Program-made: the position numbers and the translations under genes
The notes under the pieces: model-generated
What the model saw: the letters and a program-made list of their open reading frames with translations, nothing else
What the model was told of the DNA's origin: nothing
The model's database searches: none
Shown: piece after piece, positions 21,839 through 35,000 of the stretch
Position numbering within the stretch: the stretch's first letter is position 1
Layout of the letters: each line of letters starts with the position of its first letter
From: Macrostomum lignano
Lineage: Eukaryota
Direction of reading: 5' to 3'
Length of the DNA: 64,000 nucleotides
Assembly: GCA_002269645.1 (NCBI GenBank)
Contig: NIVC01000586.1
Location: 210,490-274,489, forward strand

Positions 21839-23461
21839 ATGCCGATCTCTTCCGGAGCGGGTGGCAAGCCCAACTCCTACTTCAATCCCGGCAACGCCCT
21901 CTCCCGTCGGCCCTCGGTCAGCAGCGCCGCCAACAGCGGCAACTACGGCGGTGGCGGCAGTCCCGGCTATTACTACGGCAGCTACGGCGGCGAGCCCGTT
22001 GCTATGGCAACAGGCGCGGCCGCTACGCCCAGGGGAGTTCAGGTGGGTCCGTATGATTATGGCTAATAGGCCTGCATGTGCTCCGCTGTGGCGGGATCCC
22101 GGATCACTCGTGCCATACCGGCACTCTATTCGTCACTCCATGGCACTCCAACTTCACACCCCGAATCCCAGGTTGTGGACATTTCCAGCGGCCGGGTCCC
22201 CCAGAACGCGCAGGCCTCGGTGACCCGTGACGCCCCGGCCGGCCGGCGCTGCTGCCCCTGCCCGGCCCGCGGGCGGCCGGAGATGAAGATGCCGGCCATG
22301 CCGAAGAGCAAAATGGCCACCGCGGGCGGCGCCGTCACCCGGCACGGCTGCTGCATCTTCCTGATCGGCCTGCTGGCCCTGGCCATCGCCGCCGGCCTCA
22401 TCGCCGGCCTGTACTTCCTGTGCACCGGCCTCAGCGGCATCCGGTCCGACAGGGGCGCCTTCTACCTCATCCCGGGCAGGCGGCCCGGCGACCTCATGTG
22501 GGTCATCTACGGCACCCTGCAGGAGTGCGAACCCGTGACCACCAGCTCGTCCACCACCAGCACCACCACCACCACGAGCACCACCACCACCGCCACCACC
22601 GCGGCCACCAGCGGGACCACCGAGTCAACGACTCCTACCACCACGGCTGCGGCCACCACCTCGGGCACCACTCTAATCTCCTGCGCCAGCACCACCTACC
22701 GATACCAGCAGGTGAGATTGATGTGTTTCAGGTGTGCAATTCAAATTGGAGGGATAGGATATGGTAAGATACATAAAAGGCATATAATTATCAGGTGAAA
22801 ATGGAGTGGGGTGGTTGGCTTATAGTTATCAGGTGAGAATGGAGCTTTGGGGTTGTTGGCTCTTAATTATCAGGTGAGAATGGAGTGGGGTGGTTGGCTT
22901 TAATTATCAGGTGAGAATGGAGTGGGGTGGTTGGCTTGAATTATCAGGTGAGAATGGAGTGGGGTGGTTGGCTTTAATTATCAGGTGAGAATGGAGTGGG
23001 GTGGTTGGCTTGAATTATCAGGTGAGAATGGAGTGGGGTGTTTGGCTTTAATTATCAGGTGAGAATGGAGTGGGGTGGTTGGCCCTTAATTATCAGGTGA
23101 GAATGGAGTGGGGTGGTTGGCTTATAATTATCTGGTGAAATTGTCATCAGGTGTTTATGGCTTCACGCGCAGTAACTGATAATTAAAAGCAAACCTTCCC
23201 TGTTTCATTCTCACCTGCAAATATCTGGTAAATGGAAAGTGTGAGGCTTCTGTTATCGCTAATTGTACCTACCTCATATAGTCAAAGCTTCCATTCAGAT
23301 AATATTAGATTTTGGCACACCACACGCAGGTAACACTGGCAGGTGGCAGGTCCGGACCCGATCCGATCTTTGTTGCGGCCTCCGCCGCTGCGGCCATCGT
23401 CCGTCAGCTGCTGATGATGCCGAGCCTGCCAGCCGGATTCTGGGGTCACGTGACAGGCTGA
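21839..23461 (+). CDS. Putative type II single-pass membrane protein with a Thr/Ser-rich stalk
   Basis: Exons are 21839-22042 (GTGGGT donor), 22172-22711 (in frame; TM segment CCIFLIGLLALAIAAGLIAGLYFLC, then a poly-Thr tract; GTGAGA donor) and a tentative last exon 23330-23461. No recognised domain. Confidence 0.6.
22790..23140. repeat. About 38-bp minisatellite (AATTATCAGGTGAGAATGGAGTGGGGTGGTTGGCTTT)
   Basis: About 9 tandem units in an intron. Confidence 0.9.
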
Positions 23462-24499
23462 TGCTGAAAATTGGCTGGTAGAGGCGACGGGCCAGCAGCA
23501 TGGAACTGAAGTTTTTCTTGCAGCGAGCCGCAGAATTTAATCGATGCTCAAACCGCACTACTGTCTTAAGTAGAGTAGCCAGCTTCCTCTTAAAAAAATT
23601 TTCTTCTATAAAACAAAAATCCGGTATGTATCGAAAAGATAGTAAGCCTGTCTTTTCAAAAAATGCTTAAATTTTTTACCGCTATTTCTGTGCAGTCCAT
23701 TTTCTGAAATCTGAAATAAAGCCCAACTATATCAGATATTTACAGTGCTCTGTGTACTTTAAGTGTTCTTTGGCTATCAACGTTGCAAAAATAAAGCTTA
23801 TCCAGAGCTATTATTTACTAAAAATGTTAATCTTTTATAAAATAAATACGCAGCTTTTCAGATTTTATAGTTAAAAAGGCACACAGACAGACAGAAAAAC
23901 AGTCAGTCAGAAAGAGAGACACTGGGACATTAAAAGACTGGGGGCATTAAGAGACTGGAGCATCAAGACACAGAGACATTAAGACACTGAGACATTTAAG
24001 ACACTGATACATTTAGACACTAGGAAATTTAAGACAATGAGACATTTAAGACAATGGGACATTAATTAGACACTGGGACATTAAGACACTGGGACATTAA
24101 GACACTGGGACATTAAGACACTGGGAAATAAGGACACTAAGACATAAAGAAACTGGGACATTTAAGACAATGGAACATTTATTAAAAACTGGGACATTTA
24201 AGACACTGGGACATTTAAGACAATGGGACATTAATTAGACACTGGGACATTTAGGACAATGGAACATTAATTAAAAACTGGGACATTTATGACAATGGGA
24301 CTTTAGCGACTCGCAAAATGAAATGGCGCGAGAGAAAGTAAACTTTTATTTTTCACAATCGCATATAAATACTGCGCGACAGAGAGGCATGGGGAGGTGC
24401 GCATAGTCCGTGCCAGACCCTGCGGCTTAGCGCGCCGGCCGTCTGGGTGCACCCACCCCCCGGGCAGGGTGAGTCAGGCCGATTGAGTGCAGGTGCACT

Positions 24500-25290
24500 G
24501 CCGGCCAGGCGGGCCGAGAAGTCCTGGATGTGCGGCACTGGGTAGCGGTCGGGCACCGTGGCGTCGTTGAGCCGCCTGAAGTCGCCGCAGGGCCGCCACC
24601 CGCCCGAGGCCTTGGGCACCATGTGCAGCGGCGAGGACCACGGGCTGTTGGACCGGCGCGCGATGCCGAGCTGCTCCAGGAGCCGGAACTCCTCCTTGGC
24701 CACCGCCAGCTTGTCCGGCGGCAGGCGGCGAGGGCGGGCGTGGACCGGCGGGCCCTGAGTCGGGATGTGGTGCTCGACCCCGTGGCGCGGCTCCGCTCGC
24801 TGGAAGCTGGGCTCGGTGAGGGCGGGGAACTCGGCCAGCAGCTGGCTGTACGGGTCCGCAGCGGCGGCTGCGGCGAGCTGCAGTCCGGGCCCCGTGCCGT
24901 CCAGCAGGTGCACGCTGGCGAATGAGCGGGCGTCCAGGAGTCGCCGGTGCGGCAGATCCACCAGCAAGCCGTGGTGTCGCAGGAAGTCGGCGCCGATCAG
25001 CGGGCGGGAGACCTCGGCCAGGATGAACGGCCACGAGCAGCGCCGGATTCCGAGGTCGAGCGTGAGCTGGCGGGTGCCGAAGGTGCGAATGAGGCTGCCG
25101 TTGGCTGCAAAGAGCGGCGGGCCGGGCGTGTGCAGGCGAGCATCCGAGCCATCGACGGGGAAAATGCTGACCTCGGCGCCGGTGTCGACCAGGAAGCGCC
25201 GGCCCGTCTGCACATCGGGGATGAGGAGCAGGCTGCTGCTGTTGCCGGCCGCCGAGCTGTTCACTGACGGCCGGCCTGCCCGTTTCCCTG
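24500..25290 (-). pseudogene. pol: Truncated pol (aspartic protease plus N-terminal part of reverse transcriptase)
   Basis: [10 protein letters not shown] protease motif; RT motifs [12 protein letters not shown] and CGDFRRLN...DRYPVP. It ends at DFSARLAG, fused to the LTR, with no YxDD, RNase H or integrase. Confidence 0.9.
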
Positions 25291-25959
25291 GAAGCTGCAT
25301 GGAGATTCGCAGCGGCGTGCCTTGGCTCCGAAACGGCGATGGAAGTAGCACAGGCCGTCGTCAGGGTGATGTTGTTGCTGCTTAGACGGCCGACTGCCGC
25401 CCCGACGGGTCGCCGAAACCACCGGCTGGGTGGGCTCCGCTGCCGGCTGCTGGACGGAGGCCGCGGCGAGCTGCGGCCGGCTGGCCCACAGCTTGTCGGC
25501 GAGCTGCGCTGCTTCCCGCGGGTCGCTGAAGTCGGCGGTCGCCATTGCCATTCTGACCTCAGCGGGCAGCTGCTGGCGGAACAACTCTTCGAAGAGCAGG
25601 CAGGGCCGGTGGTCGCCAAGCAGGGCGAGCATCTCGTCCATCAACTCCGTGGGACGCCTGTCGCCGAGGCCGGACATGTTGAGCAGGCGGCTGGCCCGCT
25701 GTTGTCGGGACAGCTCGAAGGTGCCGAGCAGTCGCTCCTTCAGCCTCTTGTACTTTTCTTCCCTCGGCGGATTCTCCAGCGCGTCGATGAGCCGCTCGGC
25801 GGTCTGCTGATCGAGCGCCGCGATGACGTGGCTGTACTTCGTGTCGTCATCGGAGATCTTCCGCAGAGCGAATTGAGCTTCGGCCTGAACAAACCAAATA
25901 CGAGGTTGAGATGCCCAAAACGTGGGCAGTTTGAGTGCAACGGCTGACTCCGTAGTCAT
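25261..25959 (-). CDS. gag: Retrotransposon Gag, 232 aa
   Basis: ALKLPTFW...[10 protein letters not shown]-terminus and a C-terminal Cx2Hx9Cx3C knuckle ([18 protein letters not shown]). Slippery heptamer G GGA AAC at 25282-25288, with pol in the -1 frame. Confidence 0.9.
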   Translation of the reverse strand: MTTESAVALKLPTFWASQPRIWFVQAEAQFALRKISDDDTKYSHVIAALDQQTAERLIDALENPPREEKYKRLKERLLGTFELSRQQRASRLLNMSGLGDRRPTELMDEMLALLGDHRPCLLFEELFRQQLPAEVRMAMATADFSDPREAAQLADKLWASRPQLAAASVQQPAAEPTQPVVSATRRGGSRPSKQQQHHPDDGLCYFHRRFGAKARRCESPCSFQGNGQAGRQ

Positions 25960-27370
25960 TCCTCAGCTACGGCTGGGGTTGTCGGGCTCACCAATTTAGC
26001 GACTCGCAAAATGAAATGGCGCGAGAGAAAGTAAACTTTTATTTTTCACAATCGCATATAAATACTGCGCGACAGAGAGGCATGGGGAGGTGCGCATAGT
26101 CCGTGCCAGACCCTGCGGCTTAGCGCGCCGGCCGTCTGGGTGCACCCACCCCCCGGGCAGGGTGAGTCAGGCCGATTGAGTGCAGGTGCACTGCCCGCGC
26201 CTACAGCGGGCTGGTCTGGCCGCCACAGGACAGTAATTAGACACTGAGAATTAAGACCCTGGGACATAAGGACACTGGGACATTAAGACACTGGGACATT
26301 AAGACACTGGGAGATTTAAGACACTGGGACTTTAAGACACTGAGAGATTTAGGACACTGGGGCATTTAAGACAATGGGGCATTTAAGACAATGGGGCATT
26401 TAAGACAATGGGGCATTTAAGACAATGGGGCATTTAAGACAATGGGCATTTAAGACAATGGGGCATTTAAGACAATGGGGCATTTAAGACAATGGGGCAT
26501 TTAAGACAATGGGGCATTTAAGACAATGGGGCATTTAAGACAATGGGGCATTTAAGACAATGGGGCATTTAAGACAATGGGGCATTTAAGACAATGGGGT
26601 ATTTAAGACAATGGGGCATTTAAGACAATGGGGCATTTAAGACAATGGGGCATTTAAGACACTGGGCCGCGTGTCTAATTAATGTCTGAAGTGTCTTAAT
26701 GTTTCTGTGTCTTAATTCCTCCGTGTCTAATTAACACGACATGAAGACACTGGGACATTTAAGACAATGGAACATTAATTAAAAACTGGGACATTTAAGA
26801 CAATGGGACAGTAATTAGACACTGAGAATTAAGACCCTGGGACATAAGGACACTGGGACATTAAGACACTGGGAGATTTAAGACACTGGGACTTTAAGAC
26901 ACTGAGAGATTTAGGACACTGGGGCATTTAAGACAATGGGGCATTTAAGACAATGGGGCATTTAAGACAATGGGGCATTTATGACAATGGGGCATTTAAG
27001 ACAATGGGACATTTAAGACACTGGGCCGCGTGTCTAATTAATGTCCCAGTGTCTTAATGTTTCTGTGTCTTAATTTCTCCGTGTCTAATTAACACGACAT
27101 GAAGACACTGGGACATTTAGGACAATAGATCATTGAGACATTCAGATATAAAGATATTAACACACTGGGACATCAAGACGATCAAGATGAGGTTTTTACT
27201 GAAAGCATAAAAGGAAACGGTATATTAGAAACAACTGTAATCGAATAATTAAATCTCTCTTCAGAGTCATCGCGAATTCGTCTACTTACAGTAGAAAACA
27301 AAGAAAATAAACGCCTAAATCTACACTGCAAGCTTTAGCTTAATAATCCGCTGCAAAAAGTAAAAAACTT

Positions 27371-27853
27371 CTATTTAAGGACGATTTCATAGACTGAGTT
27401 CACCCCCTCGCCGCCGCAGATCTCCTCGGCGTAGCCGCGGCAGTTCTGGTCACAGCTGGACTCGTCCACAGAGCCGTACCTGCCGTAGGAATCGCCGCAG
27501 AAGCAGCTGCCGCCGCCCTGCAGACCAAAGTACCGGTTGCCCGAGCCGCGGCACAGGGTGTCGCACAACTTCCGGTTGACCCGACCGGTGCCCAGGCCGT
27601 CACCGCCAGCCAGCCGTTCGAGATCCGGGCTGCCCTCTTTGTCCTGGTAGCAGCCGATGTAGCGCGGCTTCAGCGCCTCGGGGCTCGCTGACAATTTTTG
27701 GGGAGTCAGGGGTCAGGGACAGCCTCCGGGTTTGGAGCTTCAGATGCTCAGATTCGGACAGACAGACAGACAGACAGACAGGCAGACAGGCAGACAGACA
27801 GACAGACAGACAGACACACAGACAGAGACAGGCAGACAGACAGACAGACAGGC

Positions 27854-27898
<45 letters not shown>

Positions 27899-27901
27899 CA
27901 C

Positions 27902-27938
<37 letters not shown>

Positions 27939-28233
27939 GACAGGCAGACAGACAGACAGGCAGACAGACAGGCAGGCAAACAGACAGACAGGCGGGCACA
28001 GACAGACAGGCAGACAGACACACAAACAGACAGGCAGAAAGGCAGGCAGACAGACAGGCAGACAGACAGACAGACACAGACAGGCAGACAGGTAGGTAGG
28101 TAGGCAGGCACTGTAGGCTAGACAGACAGGCAACTGCATGCACGGCAGACTTACATTTGCATGCGGCGATTTCTGAGCAGGAGCAGCAGAAGCAGACCAG
28201 TAAAAGGATAAGATTTCCGGATGCGGGCTTCAT
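27371..28233 (-). CDS. Secreted single-WSC-domain protein, 131 aa
   Basis: Exon 1 is 28155-28233 (signal-peptide-like MKPASGNLILLLVCFCCSCS, GTAAGT donor, phase 1). Exon 2 is 27371-27687 with WSC motifs YIGCYQD...C...C...YFGLQGGGSCFCG...C...C...CGG...NSVY. Confidence 0.85.
27757..28130. repeat. (GACA)n/(GGCA)n microsatellite in the WSC gene intron
   Basis: Direct reading. Confidence 0.97.
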
Positions 28234-28449
28234 TGTGTTCACAAGCGGGACAGGGTGGTGTCTAACCAGTCTGGGCTGCCGGAACAGCCGCTGTTGTCAA
28301 GCCATGCAAGGTATGCTGCGCTGTGTGGCATGAGGAAGCTGCCTTCACAGACGGACCATAGACTGGCGAGCCGCAGCTAAAAATAGCCCAGCGTACGCCA
28401 GCACGTGAGCAGACGCTGGGCCTAAGCTAGATTTTGATTGATGATAAAG

Positions 28450-30055
28450 TTGGTGTCGGTGTCAGCTGAGGCGCCACATCTGGTGTCAGCTAGGGCGCCA
28501 AATTTTGAGTTAGTGTCAGCTAGGGCGCCACTTTAGTGTCAGCTAGGGCACCATGTTTAGAGTCAGCTAAGAAACCTCATTTAGTGTCAACTAGGGCGCC
28601 ATGACTCGGTGTCAACTAGGGCGCCATGACTCGGTGTCAACTAGGGCGCCATGACTCGGTGTCAACTAGGGCGCCATGATTCGGTGTCAACTAGGGCGCC
28701 ATGACTCGGTGTCAACTAGGGCGCCATGACTCGGTGTCAACTAGGGCGCCATGACTCGGTGTCAACTAGGGCGCCATGACTCGGTGTCAACTAGGGTGCT
28801 AAATTTAGAGTCAGAGTTAGCTAGAGCGCCACATTTAGTGTCAGCCAGGGCACCACATTTATTGTCAGCCAGGGCGCCACATTTAGTGTCAGCTAGGGCG
28901 CCACATTTAGTGTCAGCTAGGGCACCACATTTAGTGTCAGCTAGGGCGCCACATTTAGTGTCAGCTAGGGCGCCACATTTAGTGTCAGCTAGGGCACCAC
29001 ATTTAGTGTCAGCTAGGGCACCACATTTAGTGTCAGCTAGGGCACCACATTTAGTGTCAGCTAGGGCGCCACATTTAGTGTCAGCTAGGGCACCACATTT
29101 AGTGTCAGCTAGGGCACCACATTTAGTGTCAGCTAGGGCGCCACATTTAGTGTCAGCTAGGGCGCCACATTTAGTGTCGGCTAGGGCGCCACATTTAGTG
29201 TCAGCTAGGGCACCACATTTAGTGTCAGCTAGGGCACCACATTTAGTGTCAGCTAGGGCGCCACATTTAGTGTCAGCTAGGGCACCACATTTAGTGTCAG
29301 CTAGGGCGCCACATTCAGTATCACCTAGGGTGCCATATTAAGTGTGAGCCAGAAAACCACATTTAGTGTCAGCTAGGGCGCCACATTTAGTGTCAGCTAG
29401 GGCACCACATTTAGTGTCAGCTAGGGCACCACATTTAGTGTCAGCTAGGGCACCACATTTAGTGTCAGCTAGGGCACCACATTTAGTGTCAGCTAGGGCA
29501 CCACATTTAGTGTCAGCTAGGGCACCACATTTAGTGTCAGCTAGGGCGCCACATTTAGTGTCAGCTAGGGCGCCACATTTAGTGTCAGCTAGGGCACCAC
29601 ATTTAGTGTCAGCTAGGGCACCACATTTAGTGTCAGCTAGGGCGCCACATTTAGTGTCAGCTAGGGCGCCACATTTAGTGTCAGCTAGGGCACCACATTT
29701 AGTGTCAGCTAGGGCGCCACATTTAGTGTCAGCTAGGGCGCCACATTTAGTGTCAGCTAGGGCGCCACATTCAGTATCACCTAGGGTGCCATATTAAGTG
29801 TGAGCCAGAAAACCACATTTAGTGTCAGCTAGGGCGCCACATTTAGTGTCAGCTAGGGCGCCACATTTAGTGTCAGCTAGGGCGCCACATTTAGTGTCAG
29901 CTAGGGCGCCACATTTAGTGTCAGCTAGGGCGCCACATTCAGTATCACCTAGGGTGCCATATTAAGTGTGAGCCAGAAAACCACATTTAGTGTCAGCTAG
30001 GGCGCCACATTTAGTGTCAGCTAGGGCGCCACATTTAGTGTCAGCTAGGGCGCCA
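28450..30055. repeat. 24-bp minisatellite (CACATTTAGTGTCAGCTAGGGCGC) with a 25-bp variant block
   Basis: About 60 units; explains the RAPHLVSA ORFs. Confidence 0.96.
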
Positions 30056-30799
30056 AAAGGGCGCACCTAAATTCCATGCCAATAAAGAGTTGAAAGTCGG
30101 CACCATCAAAAAGGTTTAATTACTCTTATTAAAAGCCAGTGAGCGGCAAGCAGTCTGCGGACACTCCAGTCTGATGCAGAGATTTTATTTACAATCGTGA
30201 GCACCTGTCAAAGTGCAAAGGCGCTGCAGATGCGAATACAGGCAATTAAAAAAACACACGGGCTTCAATTACAAAAGTAGATTAGTAATGCAGCAGCGAA
30301 GCCCGCCGCTCTGCAGCTTCTATTGCTCAATAAAGTACAATAAAAATGTTCGCATTAATCCATATTGTACAATCGCCGAATACTACTCTCAGTAGCTAAT
30401 CAATGCCTGCAACCAGTTAAAAAAATTTGCCTCGTTGATCAGGTCGGGTCAATAAATAAAAAACACGCACAAATTTTACAAGCTGGAAAATGCACGGAGA
30501 AGCACATTGTGTGTGTGTGTGAGACGCGAGTTAAAATTGATTGTACAGCCACAGGCACACAGGCGCATGCACACTAGTGTAGGATTATAGCACCTTATAG
30601 CTAGCTATACTGAGATCTCCGAGACCGGAAAAACAGGATTATTATCAAATAAAATAGCAATCAATAAACACGATGGGCTGAACTGGATTGGCATCGGATA
30701 AAATTTTGGCCAGTTCCTATGCGGTAAAATTGAATGTTTTACTGCCCTTCACAGCTTCCCGAGTGAACAGGAAGTCACTTACAGATTCAGGAATGAGTA

Positions 30800-31920
30800 A
30801 GATTTGACTGAAGGCTTCCGGAGTGAATTAGGAGTCACTATCAGGTTCCGGAGTGAATTAGGAGTGCCTATCAGGTTCCGGAGTGAATTAGGAGTCACTA
30901 TCAGGTTCCGGAGTGAATTAGGAGTCACTATCAGGTTCCGGAGTGAATTAGGGGTCACTATCAGGTTCCGGAGTGAATTAGGAGTCACTATCAGGTTCCG
31001 GAGTGAATTAGGAGTGCCTATCAGGTTCCGGAGTGAATTAGGAGTCACTATCAGGTTCCGGAGTGAATTAGGAGTCACTATCAGGTTCCGGAGTGAATTA
31101 GGAGTCACTATCAGGTTCCGGAGTGAATTATGAGCCACTATCAGGTTTTGGAGTGAATTGGGAGTCACTATCAGGTTCCGGAGTGAATTAGGAGTCACTA
31201 TCAGGTTCCGGAGTGAATTAGGAGTCACTATCAGGTTCCGGAGTGAATTAGGAGTCACTATCAGGTTCCGGAGTGAATTAGGAGTCACTATCAGGTTCCG
31301 GAGTGAATTAGGAGTCACTATCAGGTTCCGGAGTGAATTAGGAGTCACTATCAGGTTCCGGAGTGAATTAGGAGTCACTATCAGGTTCCGGAGTGAATTA
31401 GGAGTCACTATCAGGTTCCGGAGTGAATTAGGAGTCACTATCAGGTTCCGGAGTGAATTAGGAGTCACTATCAGGTTCCGGAGTGAATTAGGAGTCACTA
31501 TCAGGTTCCGGAGTGAATTAGGAGTGCCTATCAGGTTCCGGAGTGAATTAGGAGTCACTATCAGGTTCCGGAGTGAATTAGGAGTCACTATCAGGTTCCG
31601 GAGTGAATTAGGAGTCACTATCAGGTTCCGGAGTGAATTAGGAGTCACTATCAGGTTCCGGAGTGAATTAGGAGTCACTATCAGGTTCCGGAGTGAATTA
31701 TGAGCCACTATCAGGTTCCGGAGTGAATCGGGAGTCACTATCAGGTTCCGGAGTGAATTATGAGCCACTATCAGGTTCCGGAGTGAATCGGGAGTCACTA
31801 TCAGGTTCCGGAGTGAATTGGGAGTGACTATCAGGTTCCGGAGTGAATTAGGAGTCACTATCAGGTTCCGGAGTGAATTATGAGCCACTATCAGGTTCCG
31901 GAGTGAATCGGGAGTGACTG
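30800..31920. repeat. 30-bp minisatellite (TCAGGTTCCGGAGTGAATTAGGAGTCACTA)
   Basis: About 36 highly homogeneous units beginning about 100 bp 3' of the PTEN stop. Confidence 0.97.
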
Positions 31921-32019
31921 AAAGAGACAGTTCACAATTGAAAAGGCAGTCTGATTAGACAGCAAAACAGGAAGCAGGCAACCAGCCGCTATTTGGCGAG
32001 CACCCAGACGTCCTCCGGG

Positions 32020-35000
32020 CTACAGCGCTGTCGTGACAATCTCTGCCGTCTCCTCCTCCGGCACCGACTGGTGGAGCGCAGCTGCTGGCACCGGGGAGGG
32101 GGAGTTGGAGGCCCGGCAGTGATGTCGGTGGCCGTGCCGATGCCGCTGCTGTTGGGGTCGGGGTGCCGAGGCGGTAACTGTCGCGGCGGGAGAGCCGTTC
32201 ACCCGTGCGGGCGCGGGAGAGTCGCCGAAGGAGGCGGAAGGTGCGGCGGCCGGCACGTAGGGGAACTCGCAGCAGTCGGAGTCGTCCGTGATGGACGAGC
32301 AGGACGAGGACGAGGAGGCCGAAGATGCAACGGAGGCGGTGGCGACCGCCCCGGAGACGCCGTCGACAAATTCGATGCAAGTCGGCAGCGCAGAGTACAC
32401 GGTGATCTGCGATAAGCAGGGGTGGGCGGGGCTGGTATTAGATGATTAGCACACACGGATTAGATGATTAGCACACACTGATTAGATGATTAGCACACAC
32501 TGATTATATGATTAGCACACTGATTAGATGATTAGCACACACGGATTAGATGATTAGCACACACGGATTAGATGATTAGCACACTGATTAGATGATTAGC
32601 ACACACTGATTAGGTGATTAGCACACTGATTAGATTATTAGCACACACTGATTAGATGATTAGCACACTGATTAGATGATTAGCACACACTGATTAGATG
32701 ATTAGCACACTGATTAGATGATTAGCACACACTGATTCGATGGTTAGCATACTGATTTGATGATTAGCAAACTGCTTAGATGATTAGCATACTGATTAGA
32801 TGATTAGCACACACTGATTAGATGATTAGCACACTGATTAGATGATTAGCACACACTGATTAGATTATTAGCACACTGATTAGATGATTAGCACACACTG
32901 ATTAGATGATTAGCACACTGATTAGATGATTAGCACACACTGATTAGATGATTAGCACACTGATTAGATGATTAGCACACACTGATTAGATGATTAGCAC
33001 ACACTGATTAGATAATTTGAACACACTGATTAGATTATTAGCACACACTGATTAGATGATTAGCACACTGATTAGATGATTAGCACACACTAATTAGATG
33101 ATTAGCACACACTGATTAGATAATTAAAACACACTGATTAGATAATTTGAACACACTGATTAGATGATTAGCACACACTGATTAGATGATTAGCACACTG
33201 ATTAGATGATTAGCACACACTGATTAGATGATTAGCACACTGATTAGATGATTAGCACACACTGATTGGATGATTAGCACACACTGATTAGATGATTAGC
33301 ACACTGATTAGATGATTAGCACACACTGATTAGGTGATTAGCACACTGATTAGATTATTAGCACACACTGATTAGATGATTAGCACACTGATTAGATGAT
33401 TAGCACACACTGATTAGATGATTAGCACACTGATTAGATGATTAGCACACACTGATTCGATGGTTAGCATACTGATTTGATGATTAGCAAACTGCTTAGA
33501 TGATTAGCACACTGATTAGATGATTAGCACACACTGATTCGATGGTTAGCATACTGATTTGATGATTAGCAAACTGCTTAGATGATTAGCATACTGATTA
33601 GATGATTAGCACACACTGATTAGATGATTAGCACACTGATTAGATGATTAGCACACACTGATTAGATTATTAGCACACTGATTAGATGATTAGCACACAC
33701 TGATTAGATGATTAGCACACTGATTAGATGATTAGCACACACTGATTAGATGATTAGCACACACTGATTAGATAATTTGAACACACTGATTAGATGATTA
33801 GCACACACTGATTAGATGATTAGCACACTGATTAGATGATTAGCACACACTAATTAGATGATTAGCACACACTGATTAGATAATTAAAACACACTGATTA
33901 GATAATTTGAACACACTGATTAGATGATTAGCACACACTGATTAGATGATTAGCACACTGATTAGATGATTAGCACACACTGATTATATGATTAGCACAC
34001 TGATTAGATGATTAGCACACACGGATTAGATGATTAGCACACACGGATTAGATGATTAGCACACTGATTAGATGATTAGCACATGGATCAGAGATTATGA
34101 TAGATACATTTAGAATCGATCAGAGAGCTCACAGCGAACCCCTCGGGAAACACCCGGTGCTGAGTGTCCTTGCACGCCCTGTCAAGCTCTCCTTTCGTCA
34201 GCGTGACGCACAGGCCGGCCCGGTCCGGACACCTGAGGGCTCCGGGCGTGTCCGGCGGCTGGTTGACAACAAAGAAAGTGTTGAGCCAGCAGTGGAACAG
34301 CTTGTCCAGCCTGGCCAGCAGCTTGCCTCGGTTGTAGAATACGAGTTTAAAGTCGCCGCAGACTGGGATGGGCGCTGGCGGCCGGATGCAGAACCCCAGG
34401 CTGGACTGGGCGCGCCGGGGCTCCCCGCACTCCGCCTCGCCAATTGTGACGTACTTGCTCTTGCCGTCCTGCTCGGGGGGGGGGGCTTACTGAGTGAGTT
34501 GGCTGGGCTGGAGCAGGTCAGGCTTAAAACGAGTTAGGTGACAAATGCCTTAATAGGTCAGACACAAAGACACTGACGCAGGTCAGACACTGATGCAGGT
34601 CAGACAGACACTGATGCAGGTCAGACAGACACTGATGCAGGTCAGACAGACACTGATGCAGGTCAGACAGACACTGATGCAGGTCAGACAGACACTGATG
34701 CAGGTCAGACAGACACTGATGCAGGTCAGACAGACACTGATGCAGGTCAGACAGACACTGATGCAGGTCAGACAGACACTGATGCAGGTCAGACAGACAC
34801 TGATGCAGGTCAGACAGACACTGATGCAGGTCAGACAGACACTGATGCAGGTCAGACAGACACTGATGCAGGTCAGACAGACACTGATGCAGGTCAGACA
34901 GACACTGATGCAGGTCAGACAGACACTGATGCAGGTCAGACAGACACTGATCCAGGTCAGACAGACACTGATAAGCCAAGAACAAATCATTAAACGGGGC

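Larger units (their letters stand above)
24302..26227 (-). mobile_element. Internally deleted Ty3/Gypsy LTR retrotransposon (CsRn1-like Gag), 1.93 kb
   Basis: 5' LTR is 25995-26227 (233 bp); the 3' LTR at 24302-24502 matches it but lacks 32 bp. 4-bp TSD GGAC (24298-24301, 26228-26231). PBS-like TGGTGAGCCCGAC follows the 5' LTR. Carries gag, protease and the N-terminal part of RT. Confidence 0.93.
23920..27180. repeat. 16-17-bp satellite (GACACTGGGACATTTAA), interrupted by the LTR element
   Basis: Tandem units at 23920-24300 and 26230-27180, with a block duplication in the right part. Confidence 0.9.

Noticed and set aside
24474-25619. 381-aa minus-strand ORF and plus-strand ORFs across the retroelement
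   Set aside because: Alternative frames of GC-rich gag-pol with no domain motifs.
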